A stretch of DNA of 45,168 bases, taken from Nemertoderma westbladi (lineage: Eukaryota > Animalia > Xenacoelomorpha). The translations under genes were made by a program, and so were the position numbers. The stretch is taken from assembly GCA_032718475.1 (NCBI GenBank), contig JAUCBJ010003504.1, forward strand, positions 1-45,168. The letters are read 5' to 3'. The notes under the pieces were generated by a model. The model saw only the letters and a list, made by a program, of their open reading frames with translations, made no database searches and was not told the DNA's origin. Positions 25,301 through 34,244 of this stretch are shown here, piece by piece (position 1 is the stretch's first letter; every line of letters starts with the position of its first letter).

Positions 25301-26727
25301 CCTCCACCAGTAGTGTGAGGACAGGACAGTACTGCCTCCATCAGTAGTGTGGGGACAGGGCAGATCTGCCCCCACCGGTGTGTGGGGGACAGGGCAGTAC
25401 TGCCTCCACCGGTGTGTGGGCACAGGGCAGTACTACCTCCATATGTAGTGTGGGAACAGGGCAGTACTGCCTCCAACAGTAGTGTGGGGACAGGGCAGTA
25501 CTGCCTCCACCAGTACACCAGTAGTGTGGGGACAGGGCAGTACTGCCTCCACCGGTGTGTGGGGACAGGGCTGTACTGCCTCCACCAGTAGTGTGGGGAC
25601 AGGGCTGTACTGCCTCCACCAGTAGTGTGGGGACAGGGCTGTACTGCCTCCACCAGTAGTGTGGGGACAGGGCTGTACTACCTCCACCAGTCATGTGGGG
25701 ACAGGGCAGTACGCCTCCACCGGTGTGTGGGGACAGGGCTGTACTGCCTCCACCAGTAGTGTAGGGACATGGCAGAACTGCCTCCATCAGTAGTATGGGG
25801 ACAGGGCTGTACTGCCTCCACCAGTAGTGTGGGGAGGGCAGTACTGCCTCCACCAGTAGTGTGGAGACAGGGCAGTACTGCCTCCACCAGTTTCATCAGT
25901 AGTGTGGGGACAGGGCAGTATTGCCTCCATCAGTAGTGTGGGCACAGGGCAGTACTGCCTCCACCAGTAGTGCGGGGACAGGGCAGTAGGCCTAGTGTGG
26001 GGACAGGGCTGTACTGCCTCCACCGGTGTGTGGGTACATGGCAGTACTGCCTCCACCAGTAGAATGGGGACAGAGAAGTACTGCCTCCACCAGTAGTGTG
26101 GGGACAGGGCAGTACTGCCTCCACCAGTAGTGTGGGGACTGAGAAGTACTGCCTCCATCAGTAGTGTGGGGACAGGTCAGTACTGCCTCCACCGGTGCAT
26201 CAATAGTGTGGGGACAGGACAGTACTGCCTCAACCGGTGTGTGGGGACAGGGCTGTACTACTTCCACCAGTCATGTGGGGACAGGGCTGTACTGCCTCCA
26301 CCAGTAGTGTTGGGACATGGCTGTACTGCCTCCAACAGTAGTGTGGGGACAGGGCAGTACTGCCTCCATCCGGTGCACCAGTAGTGTGGGGACAGGGCAG
26401 TACTGCCTCCACCGGTGTGTGGGGACATGGCAGTACTGCCTCCACCAGTAGTGTAGGGACATGGCAGTTCTGCCTCCATCAGTAGTGTGGGGACAGGGCA
26501 GATCTGCCCCCACCGGTGTGTGGGGGACAGGGCAGTACTGCCTCCACCGGTGTGTGGGCACAGGGCAGTACTACCTCCATATGTAGTGTGGGGACAGGGC
26601 AGTACTGCCTCCAACAGTAGTGTGGGGACAGGGCAGTACTGCCTCCACCAGTGCACCAGTAGTGTGGGGACAGGGCAGTACTGCCTCCACCGGTGTGTGG
26701 GGACCGGGCTGTACTGCCTCCACCAGT
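22308..26727. repeat. GC-rich ~34-bp minisatellite CCAGTAGTGTGGGGACAGGGCAGTACTGCCTCCA (~3.8 kb net), interrupted by a solo LTR
   Basis: More than 100 variant units visible; each contains the palindrome GGCAGTACTGCC or a variant of it. Confidence 0.97.
22467..23039. mobile_element. Solo LTR, 573 bp
   Basis: Starts TGTGATGGGAT and ends ATCCGCTCACA (TG...CA, 9/11 terminal inverted match); flanked by 5-bp direct repeat CTCCA (22462-22466, 23040-23044); removing it restores a minisatellite unit; minus-strand AATAAA at 22495-22500 and 22925-22930. Confidence 0.8.
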
Positions 26728-26808
26728 GACAGTACTGTACTACAGTACCACAGTACAGTACTACAGTACTACAGTACTGTACTACAGTACCACAGTACTA
26801 CAGTACTG
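26728..26808. repeat. Short (TACAGTAC)-type micro-repeat immediately upstream of the retrotransposon
   Basis: ACAGTACTGTACTACAGTACCACAGTACAGTACTACAGTACT... visible directly. Confidence 0.85.
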
Positions 26809-26872
26809 CTGACAGCATACATCTTGGTGAGTACACTGTACAGCCTATAGCCTACCTAACTTTTACTGCATT

Positions 26873-27470
26873 ATGCCTAATAATGGCGGTTCAGTGGTGG
26901 TTTGTTGTGGATGTAATGCCAGATCCGGACGTTGTGTGAAATGTAAGTGCGTCGGATATGGACGACACTGTACCAATTGTGGACCTATAAAAAGTGGGAA
27001 TTGCAATAATACGGGAACTCAGTTCTCGACGCTCCGAGGATCGTCACAACCACTTCCTGACCCAAATCCGGCTCCAGCCGCGGTATCCCTATCCTCATCT
27101 CAACCAACAGCAGACACTGATACCCAAGGCCTACCCTCAGATTTGGATGAGACTTTACAGGATCTGGATGGGACCCTAGTCCCAGAAGATGGAGACTCGC
27201 TTCCTGCGGCCAGTTGGCCCCAGCTGGTGGTCCCAACCCCGGCAGCAGACGCCACCACTTCTGGGGCATCTGTCGCGGGCGCCGGTCCGCCCAGAGCGCC
27301 TGTCGTGGGCGCCGGTTCGCCCGGAGCGCCTGTCGTGGGCGCCGGTTCGCCCGGAGCGCCTGCCGTAGGCGCCGGTTCGCCCGGAGCGCCTGTCGTTGGC
27401 GCCGGTCCGCCCGGAGCGCCTGTCGTTGGCGCCGGTTCGCCCGGAGCGCCTGCCGTTGGCGTCAGTTCGC
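26873..27470 (+). CDS. N-terminal part of the retrotransposon polyprotein: Cys-rich zinc-binding-like region, linker, GAGSPGAPVV repeats; frameshifted from the main ORF
   Basis: ATG 26873, CCGCNARSGRCVKCKCVGYGRHCTNCGPIKSGNC; the GAPVVGAGSP reading moves from this frame into the 27214-32088 frame at an 8-bp insertion (27471-27478). Confidence 0.75.
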
Positions 27471-30400
27471 CCGGAGCCGCGGAGCGCCTGTCGTTGGCGC
27501 CGGTTCGCCCGGAGCGCCTGTCGTTGGCGCCAGTTCGCGCGGAGCGCCTGTCGTTGGCGCCGGTTCGCCCGGAGCGCCTGCCGTTGGCGCCGGTTCGCCC
27601 AGAGCGCCAGTCGTTGGCGCCGGTTCGCCCGGAGCGCCTGTCGTCGGCGCCGGTTCGCCCGGAGCGCCTGTCGTCGGCGTTGGTTCGCCCAGAGCGCCCG
27701 TCGAACTGCCTGGTACTGAACTACCCAGTTTTCATCCCGCTAGCCTGGAGTTTAACTGGAATGGGATCCCTGGGGTAACATTTGAACGTCGCCTACAAAC
27801 TGCATACGACGAAGTGGTTCACTGGGGAGCCAACTTGTTTGAGGTTCCTCGTACTCAAGTCGGTCGTCAATACATATGTATGATAACAAAACTCCTGAAA
27901 GCGTTTGGCGAAAAGTCCAACATGGAAGGTGTGGCTTTGTTAGCCGTTATGGTGGCCCCGAAACTTCTGTTGCAGGCCGCCGTCAAACCTTCAGAAGGCT
28001 ATGGGGCTTCTGCCAGTATTAGCCAAACCCTTAGGAGGAGACTTGAACTATGGGAAACCGGCGACATTTCAGCTCTAGTTGAGGAAGGGAGAGCGATCCA
28101 GGTCCGAAGAACTAAACCCGTTCCTCGAACTGATGCTGATAAACCACGCCGAGATTTTGTGTCCAGGATGAATACCGGCAGAATTGCTGCGGCTATGGAC
28201 GTTTTAACTAATGGTAAAGGCGGTTCGCCTATGGGATTAAATGAAATGGTCGGGGATAAAACCGTCAAAGAGATATTACGGGAGAAACATCCTCCTGCAG
28301 GTCCAGTCGATCCTTCACTAATCGAAGACACATGGGCGGAATCCCTAATCTTCCACCCTGTAGTCTTTGAAGGGATAAAGGGCGAGGCCATCCTTTCTGC
28401 GGCGCTACATACCCATGGATCACCCGGGCCTTCGGGCCTGGATGCCGATGGTTGGCGGCGGATACTGACAGCCTTCGGCAACACATCAAACGATTTAAGA
28501 AACGCCGTGGCGGTAGTGGCGAGGAGACTCGCTACCGAGTATATCGATCCCCGGAGTGCGATCGCGTTTAACGCCTGCAGACTCGTACCGATCGATAAAT
28601 CACCTGGTGTTCGGCCCATCGGCGTGGGTGAAGTGCTCCGGCGAATAATAGGTAAAGCGATAATGAGTTATGCTAAGGTTGACCTCGAGAGGATAGCCGG
28701 TAATACTCAGTTATGTGTGGGACAGATGGGAGGTACCGAACACGCTATACACTCCTTACGGGAGAAATATGAATCCCCGGAATGTGAAGGAATACTACTG
28801 ATGGACGCCTCAAACGCATTTAACGCCCTAAATAGAAAGTTAACCCTGCTAAACGCGCACCACATATGTCCCATACTATCCGTGATCCTTACAAATACAT
28901 ACCGGGAACCAACCCCGTTATTTGTCGACAACGAGGTTATGTGGTCCAAGGAGGGCTCCACACAAGGGGATCCTATCGGTCTGGCGATGTATGGAGTGGG
29001 AACCCTACCAATGATAAGGAAGCTGGGACTTCTGGCGATTGAACCAGATCCTACAAGTGGTACGGCTCTTCCCGACGGGTCTGTGGTGGGTCTGTCTCCT
29101 CCCGACGGGTCTGTGGTGGGTCCGTCTCCTCCCGACGGGTCTGTGGTGGGTCTGTCTCCCCCCGACGGGTCTGTGGTGGGTCTGTCTCCTCCCGACGGGT
29201 CTCTGGTGGGTCTGTCTCCCCCCGACGGGTCTTTGGCGGGTCTGTCTCCTCCCGACGGGTCTGTGGTAGGTCTGTCTCCTCCCGACGGGTCTGTGGTGGG
29301 TCAGTCTCCTCCCGACGGGTCCGTGGTGGGTCTGTCTCCTCCCGACGGGTCTGTGGTGGGTCTGTCTCCTCCCGACGGGTCTAAGGTGGCTGACGAGTCT
29401 GTGTTAGGTCTGTCCCGTCCTGACGGGTCTATGGAGGGTCTGTCTCCTCCTCCCGACGGGTCTGTGGTGGGTCCGTCTCCTCCTCCACCCGACGGGTCTG
29501 TGGTGGGTCTGTCTCCACCCGACGGGTCTAAGGTGGCCGAGGGGTCTGGTTTAGGTCTGTCCCCTCCTGACGGGTCTAAGGTAGGTCTGTCTCCTCCTCC
29601 CGACGGGTCTGTGGTGGGTCCGTCTCCTTCTCCACCCGACGGGTCTGTGGTGGGTCTGTCTCCTCCTCCCGACGGGTTTGTGGCGGGTCCGTCTCCTCCT
29701 CCCGACGGGTCTGTGGTGGGTCTGTCTCCTCCTCCAGCCGACGGGTCTGCGGTGGGTCAGTCTCCTCCACCCGACGGGTCTGTGGTGGGTCTGTCTCCTC
29801 CTCCACCCGACGGGTCTGTGGTGGGTCTGTCTCCTCCTCCAGCCGACGGGTCTGTGGTGGGTCAGTCTCCTCCTCCACCCGACGGGTCTGTGGTGGGTCA
29901 GTCTCCTCCTCCTCCCGACGGGTCTGTGGTGGGTCTGTCTCCTCCTCCACCCGACGGGTCTGTGGTGGGTCTGTCTCCTCCTCCAGCCGACGGGTCTGTG
30001 GTGGGTCTGGCTCCTCCTCCAGCCGACGGGTCCGTGGTGGGTCTGTCCCTACCTCCAGCCGACGGGCCTGTGGTGGGTCTGTCCCTTCCTCCAGCCGGCG
30101 GGTCTGTGATGGGTCTGTCTCATCCCCCAGCCGACGGGTCCGTGGGGGGTCTGTCCCTTCGTCCGGCCGACGGGCCTGTGGCGGGTCTGTCTCCTCCTTC
30201 AGCCGACGGCTCCGTGGTGGGTCTGTCCCTTCCTCCAGCCGACGGGTCTGTGGTGGGTCTGTCTCCTCCTCCAGCCGACGGGTCCGTGGTGGGTCTGTCC
30301 CTTCCTCCTGCCGACGGGTCTGTGGTGGGTCTGTCTCCTCCTCCACCCGACGGGTCTGTGGTGGGTCTGTCTCCTCCTCCAGCCGACGGGTCTGTGGTGG

Positions 30401-32088
30401 GTCTATCTCCCCCTCCAGCCGACGGGTCCGTGGTGGGTCTGTCCCTTCCTCCAGCCGACGGGTCTGTGGTGGGTCTGTCTCCTCCTCAAGCCGACGGGTC
30501 TGTGGCGGGTCCGTCTCCTCCTTCAGCCGACGGGCCTGCGAACCACCCTAGCGAGCCTTCAATCACACAAAAATGGTTCGCAGATGATGGAAATGTAGCG
30601 GGTCGCCTCCGCCGTTTAAGAGCCTACTGGGAGAAGGTAAATATGATAGGCCCAGGGTATGGGTATTTCCCCAATGCCAAAAAGTCTGTCCTTATAGTTA
30701 AAGACGAACATCGGGCCATAGCTGAGGATATATTCGCTGGGACTGGGGTCCAACTGACCGATGGCTACAGGGTATTGGGTTCGGTGATAGGTTCTCCCCG
30801 GGCATGCGAAACGTTCCTCACAGAACGCGTTGAACAACTCATAGACCAGCTGACCAGGTTGAAGGAGTTTGCTGTTACGGCCCCACACCCCGCATATAGT
30901 TGTCTTATCTACGGTCTACAGCCTAAATTTAACTACTTGTCCCGGACAACCCCGGAATTCACCGCAAAGTTAGACAGTGTAGAGCAATATATCGTGGACT
31001 CTTTGATTCCCTCACTAACAGGCCGGTCCCCACCAGGGCACACAGAGAGGGAGCTACTCGCCCTCCCAGTGAAAGAGGGCGGTATGGCCATAAACCAACC
31101 TGGCGACTTAAGACACAGCTATGAACATTCACGTAGGATCTGTGAACCTTTGAGGGTCGAAGCTGAAAGTTACCGGCAATCTCAGAGACCAATCGTCACT
31201 GAAATAATGAAGGAGAGGGCAGAACTTAGAAAGATCAAGTGTGAAACAGTTCACGATCAGCTGTCCTACGAGTCGAAGTACCTCCGTACACTTTCTTGCG
31301 AGAAGGGGGCCTCAGCATGGCTGTCAGCCATCCCTATTCAAAAATACGGATTTTCCCTACATAAAACAGCCTTCCGGGATAGTCTGTGTTTGCGATATGG
31401 GTGGCTGCCAGACAGGCTGCCTTCCCACTGTGTCTGCGGGATTCCATTCGACATCTCACACTGTCTCCATTGCCCGACAGGTGGTTACCCTACCATAAGA
31501 CACAATGAGATTAGGGACTACCTGGCCGATCTCCTCAACGAGGCAGCTCACGATGTTGAGGTAGAGCCCACCCTACAACCTGTGGAAGGCGAGGAGTTCC
31601 GGTTGGCCGGCACCACCCGCGAACCGGACGCCCGTCTCGATGTCGCCGCCAGTGGATTATGGGGAGGTCGTTTCGAAAGGATTTACGTCGACGTGAAGAT
31701 TTTCAACCCTCTATGCGCGTCGAACCCTCGTTCCATTCCCTCCGCATACAGAAAACACGAAGGCGACAAGCGGAGAAAGTACGAGGAGCGAGTGAACTCG
31801 ATCGAGCACGCCGGATTCGTGCCCTTCGTCATGGCGACGACGGGTGGAGCCAGCCGAAGTGCGCATGCCATCATAAACCGGATCGCACTTATAATATCCG
31901 AAAAGAGAAACTCTCCCTATTCAAAGACTGTGCCCCTTATAAGAACCCGGTTGAACTTCGCTCTTCTCCGGTCTTCAATTATGTGTCTACGGGGGGTTAG
32001 GACTCCAAAACAGAAACGCCTAATCCAACCCTTCCGTGACATAGGGATGGAGTGCGCGGCGACTGAGGGGTTAAACGGGGACATCTAA
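27214..32088 (+). CDS. Reverse transcriptase + CCHC zinc knuckle + restriction-like endonuclease polyprotein (main ORF; true start probably 26873 once the frameshift is repaired)
   Basis: PGPSG, RLVPIDK, VRPIGVGEVLRRIIGK, LLMDASNAFN, GSTQGDP (Q at 28963), WFADD (F at 30577), GYFPNAKKS, VLGS; CVCGIPFDISHCLHC, RHNEIRD, VEVEP, ARLDV...YVDVK, KRRKY. Confidence 0.93.
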   Translation: MAPAGGPNPGSRRHHFWGICRGRRSAQSACRGRRFARSACRGRRFARSACRRRRFARSACRWRRSARSACRWRRFARSACRWRQFARSRGAPVVGAGSPGAPVVGASSRGAPVVGAGSPGAPAVGAGSPRAPVVGAGSPGAPVVGAGSPGAPVVGVGSPRAPVELPGTELPSFHPASLEFNWNGIPGVTFERRLQTAYDEVVHWGANLFEVPRTQVGRQYICMITKLLKAFGEKSNMEGVALLAVMVAPKLLLQAAVKPSEGYGASASISQTLRRRLELWETGDISALVEEGRAIQVRRTKPVPRTDADKPRRDFVSRMNTGRIAAAMDVLTNGKGGSPMGLNEMVGDKTVKEILREKHPPAGPVDPSLIEDTWAESLIFHPVVFEGIKGEAILSAALHTHGSPGPSGLDADGWRRILTAFGNTSNDLRNAVAVVARRLATEYIDPRSAIAFNACRLVPIDKSPGVRPIGVGEVLRRIIGKAIMSYAKVDLERIAGNTQLCVGQMGGTEHAIHSLREKYESPECEGILLMDASNAFNALNRKLTLLNAHHICPILSVILTNTYREPTPLFVDNEVMWSKEGSTQGDPIGLAMYGVGTLPMIRKLGLLAIEPDPTSGTALPDGSVVGLSPPDGSVVGPSPPDGSVVGLSPPDGSVVGLSPPDGSLVGLSPPDGSLAGLSPPDGSVVGLSPPDGSVVGQSPPDGSVVGLSPPDGSVVGLSPPDGSKVADESVLGLSRPDGSMEGLSPPPDGSVVGPSPPPPDGSVVGLSPPDGSKVAEGSGLGLSPPDGSKVGLSPPPDGSVVGPSPSPPDGSVVGLSPPPDGFVAGPSPPPDGSVVGLSPPPADGSAVGQSPPPDGSVVGLSPPPPDGSVVGLSPPPADGSVVGQSPPPPDGSVVGQSPPPPDGSVVGLSPPPPDGSVVGLSPPPADGSVVGLAPPPADGSVVGLSLPPADGPVVGLSLPPAGGSVMGLSHPPADGSVGGLSLRPADGPVAGLSPPSADGSVVGLSLPPADGSVVGLSPPPADGSVVGLSLPPADGSVVGLSPPPPDGSVVGLSPPPADGSVVGLSPPPADGSVVGLSLPPADGSVVGLSPPQADGSVAGPSPPSADGPANHPSEPSITQKWFADDGNVAGRLRRLRAYWEKVNMIGPGYGYFPNAKKSVLIVKDEHRAIAEDIFAGTGVQLTDGYRVLGSVIGSPRACETFLTERVEQLIDQLTRLKEFAVTAPHPAYSCLIYGLQPKFNYLSRTTPEFTAKLDSVEQYIVDSLIPSLTGRSPPGHTERELLALPVKEGGMAINQPGDLRHSYEHSRRICEPLRVEAESYRQSQRPIVTEIMKERAELRKIKCETVHDQLSYESKYLRTLSCEKGASAWLSAIPIQKYGFSLHKTAFRDSLCLRYGWLPDRLPSHCVCGIPFDISHCLHCPTGGYPTIRHNEIRDYLADLLNEAAHDVEVEPTLQPVEGEEFRLAGTTREPDARLDVAASGLWGGRFERIYVDVKIFNPLCASNPRSIPSAYRKHEGDKRRKYEERVNSIEHAGFVPFVMATTGGASRSAHAIINRIALIISEKRNSPYSKTVPLIRTRLNFALLRSSIMCLRGVRTPKQKRLIQPFRDIGMECAATEGLNGDI
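27272..27700 (+). repeat. Coding 30-bp minisatellite GCCGGTTCGCCCGGAGCGCCTGTCGTTGGC (AGSPGAPVVG), about 14 units
   Basis: Directly visible tandem units. Confidence 0.95.
29071..30540 (+). repeat. In-frame coding minisatellite inside the RT domain, about 43 units of 30/33/36 bp encoding (P/A)DGSVVGLSP(P)(P)
   Basis: CCCGACGGGTCTGTGGTGGGTCTGTCTCCT units; no stop or frameshift over ~1470 bp. Confidence 0.97.
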
Positions 32089-32337
32089 GGGTTCTGGTAA
32101 CTGGCCGCGAATATGGATAACAATAGTGTAACTGGAGAAAGAAGGTGGACAAAGAAATGATAACTTCTTATTGATGCTACTTATTGGACCTTCTTTTAAT
32201 ATTAACTATTTTAATAATTTTGTAACTTTAATACAGTACGTTGATTTTATCAGTTTGTGCTACTACTACGGCAACATATTACGTTCTTTTGAATAAAAAG
32301 TGGAGTATCAGGAAGAAAAAAAAAAAAAAAAAAAAAA

Positions 32338-33122
32338 CTGTATATCTCGTGTACTGTATCGTACTTATAGTATTTACAGTACTGTATCGCTACTGTATAT
32401 CTCGTGTACTGTATCGTACTTATAGTATTTACAGTACTGTATCGCTACTGTATATCTCGTGTACTGTATTGTACTTATAGTATTTACAGTACTGTATCGT
32501 ACTTATAGTATTTACAGTACTGTATCGTACTTATAGTATTTACAGTACTGTATCGTACTTATAGTATTTACAGACTGTATCGTACTTATAGTATTTACAG
32601 TACTGTATCGCTACTGTATATCTCGTGTACTGTATCGTACTTATAGTATTTACAGTACTGTATCGCTACTGTATATCTCGTGTACTGTATCGTACTTATA
32701 GTATTTACAGTACTGTATCGCTACTGTATATCTCGTGTACTGTATCGCTACTGTATATCTCGTGTACTGTATCGTACTTATAGTATTTACAGTACTGTAT
32801 CGCTACTGTATATCTCGTGTACTGTATCGTACTTATAGTATTTACAGTACTGTATCGCTACTGTATATCTCGTGTACTGTATCGTACTTATAGTATTTAC
32901 AGTACTGTATCGCTACTGTATATCTCGTGTACTGTATCGTACTTATAGTATTTACAGTACTGTATCGCTACTGTATATCTCGTGTACTGTATCGTACTTA
33001 TAGTATTTACAGTACTGTATCGCTACTGTATATCTCGTGTACTGTATCGTACTTATAGTATTTACAGTACTGTATCGTACTTATAGTATTTACAGTACTG
33101 TATCGCTACTGTATATCTCGTG
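32338..33122. repeat. Compound 55-bp/28-bp minisatellite CTGTATATCTCGTGTACTGTATCGTACTTATAGTATTTACAGTACTGTATCGCTA
   Basis: Starts immediately after the poly(A); near-perfect units containing the palindrome TACAGTACTGTA. Confidence 0.97.
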
Positions 33123-33263
33123 AGTATAAACCTGTATGGAGTTTTTGCGAGCGCAAAAATGTAATAATCTCATTTTATCGCCGATAAAACTCTACGGCGG
33201 TAATGCGATTATTACATTTTTACGCAAGCAAAAACTCAAAGTGGTTTTTACTCACGGGATATA
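33112..33263. mobile_element. ~150-bp imperfect palindrome (hairpin MITE-like element)
   Basis: TATATCTCGTGAGTATAAACC...GAGTTTTTGCGAGCGCAAAAATGTAATAATCTCATT pairs with AATGCGATTATTACATTTTTACGCAAGCAAAAACTC...GGTTTTTACTCACGGGATATA; TA at both ends. Confidence 0.8.
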
Positions 33264-33369
33264 GCATGCGAATTAATTATCACGAATGTCAAGGCTAGTA
33301 ACAATGGCCAGAATGGGATGCACGTCGAATCGATGCATTATTATGTGCCCTATGAACTGGTCTGGTATG

Positions 33370-33727
33370 GGACCTAAGCTCCTGGCACCTAACACCCATA
33401 GGAACAAAGCTCCTGGCACCTAACACCCATAGGAACAAAGCTCCTGGCACCTAACACCCATAGGACCTAAGCTCCTGGCACCTAACACCCATAGGACCTA
33501 CGCTCCTGGCACCTAACACCCATAGGACCAAAGCTCCTGGCACCTAACACCCATAGGAACTACGCTCCTGACACCTAATACCCATAGGACCTACGCTCCT
33601 GGCACCTAACACCCATAGATCCTACGCTCCTGACACCTAACACCCATAGGACCTACGCTCCTGGCACCTAACACCCATATGACCTACGCTCTTGACACCT
33701 AACACCCATATGACCTACGCTCCTGAC
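33370..33727. repeat. 31-bp minisatellite GCTCCTGGCACCTAACACCCATAGGACCTAC, about 11 copies
   Basis: Directly visible. Confidence 0.95.
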
Positions 33728-33843
33728 ATTATTGCTGGGACCAAACGCAGCACAATACATGAAACAATCACGCATGAATACGATGATTTAATTAAGTTGT
33801 CGTTGAGAATTTCCATGGCGCTATTACCCCCATCTCCACTCAC

Positions 33844-33978
33844 CTATCTCCTAAGTAACCACACATAGGTGCGCACGCCATGAAACTACATATAAATACG
33901 GTGGCAACCAGACCAACACTAGTGTCCGATATGTCGTAGTAACTTCTTACCCTGTCCACAACGCCTGCGATAACGCTC
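33844..33978 (-). CDS. SPNS1: Spinster/SPNS-family MFS transporter, coding exon 2
   Basis: (R)SVIAGVVDRVRSYYDISDTSVGLVATVFICSFMACAPMCGYLGD(R) matches the Spinster TM1-TM2 pattern with motif A (GYLGDR); TTTTTTAG acceptor, GTGAGT donor, phase 2/2. Paralog identity not resolved. Confidence 0.85.
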
Positions 33979-34244
33979 CTAAAAAAGGTTAAAATAGATT
34001 TACAAATGTTCAAAAACAAAAATAGAACACATAATGTTTCAAAATGATAAGAAGCTCTAACAGTAAAAGAAAAAGTGCGCCTAACGAACCAAAATGACAA
34101 AGAAATTGTGAAAATTACAAAGTATGATCAATGTTCTAAATTTACAATAGTAAATTCTAAATTCATCAGTTGGCTTAATGTTCCAAATAGAAAAGTTAGA
34201 CTAACGTTCCAAAAAGACAAGTTGGCCTATATAAATAAATTTAC

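Larger units (their letters stand above)
26841..32337 (+). mobile_element. Near full-length RLE-type non-LTR retrotransposon, CRE-clade-like
   Basis: Cys-rich N-terminus, all RT motifs, CCHC + RHN + restriction-like endonuclease, ~230-bp 3' UTR, AATAAA at 32292-32297, A22 tail at 32316-32337. The 5' boundary is approximate. Confidence 0.9.

Noticed and set aside
23003-26850. Overlapping Cys/His/Trp-rich ORFs
   Set aside because: Translations of a 34-bp repeat cycling through all frames.
29057-30555. RT insert as a spliceosomal intron or intein
   Set aside because: The GT sites at 29057 and 29060 paired with AG at 30551 or 30555 give lengths not divisible by 3; an intron would be lost on retrotransposition; no intein terminal motifs. 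Splicing from sites inside the repeat is not excluded.
27999-32000. Antisense and alternative-frame ORFs within the retrotransposon
   Set aside because: Shadow ORFs of GC-rich coding or repeat sequence with no independent motifs.
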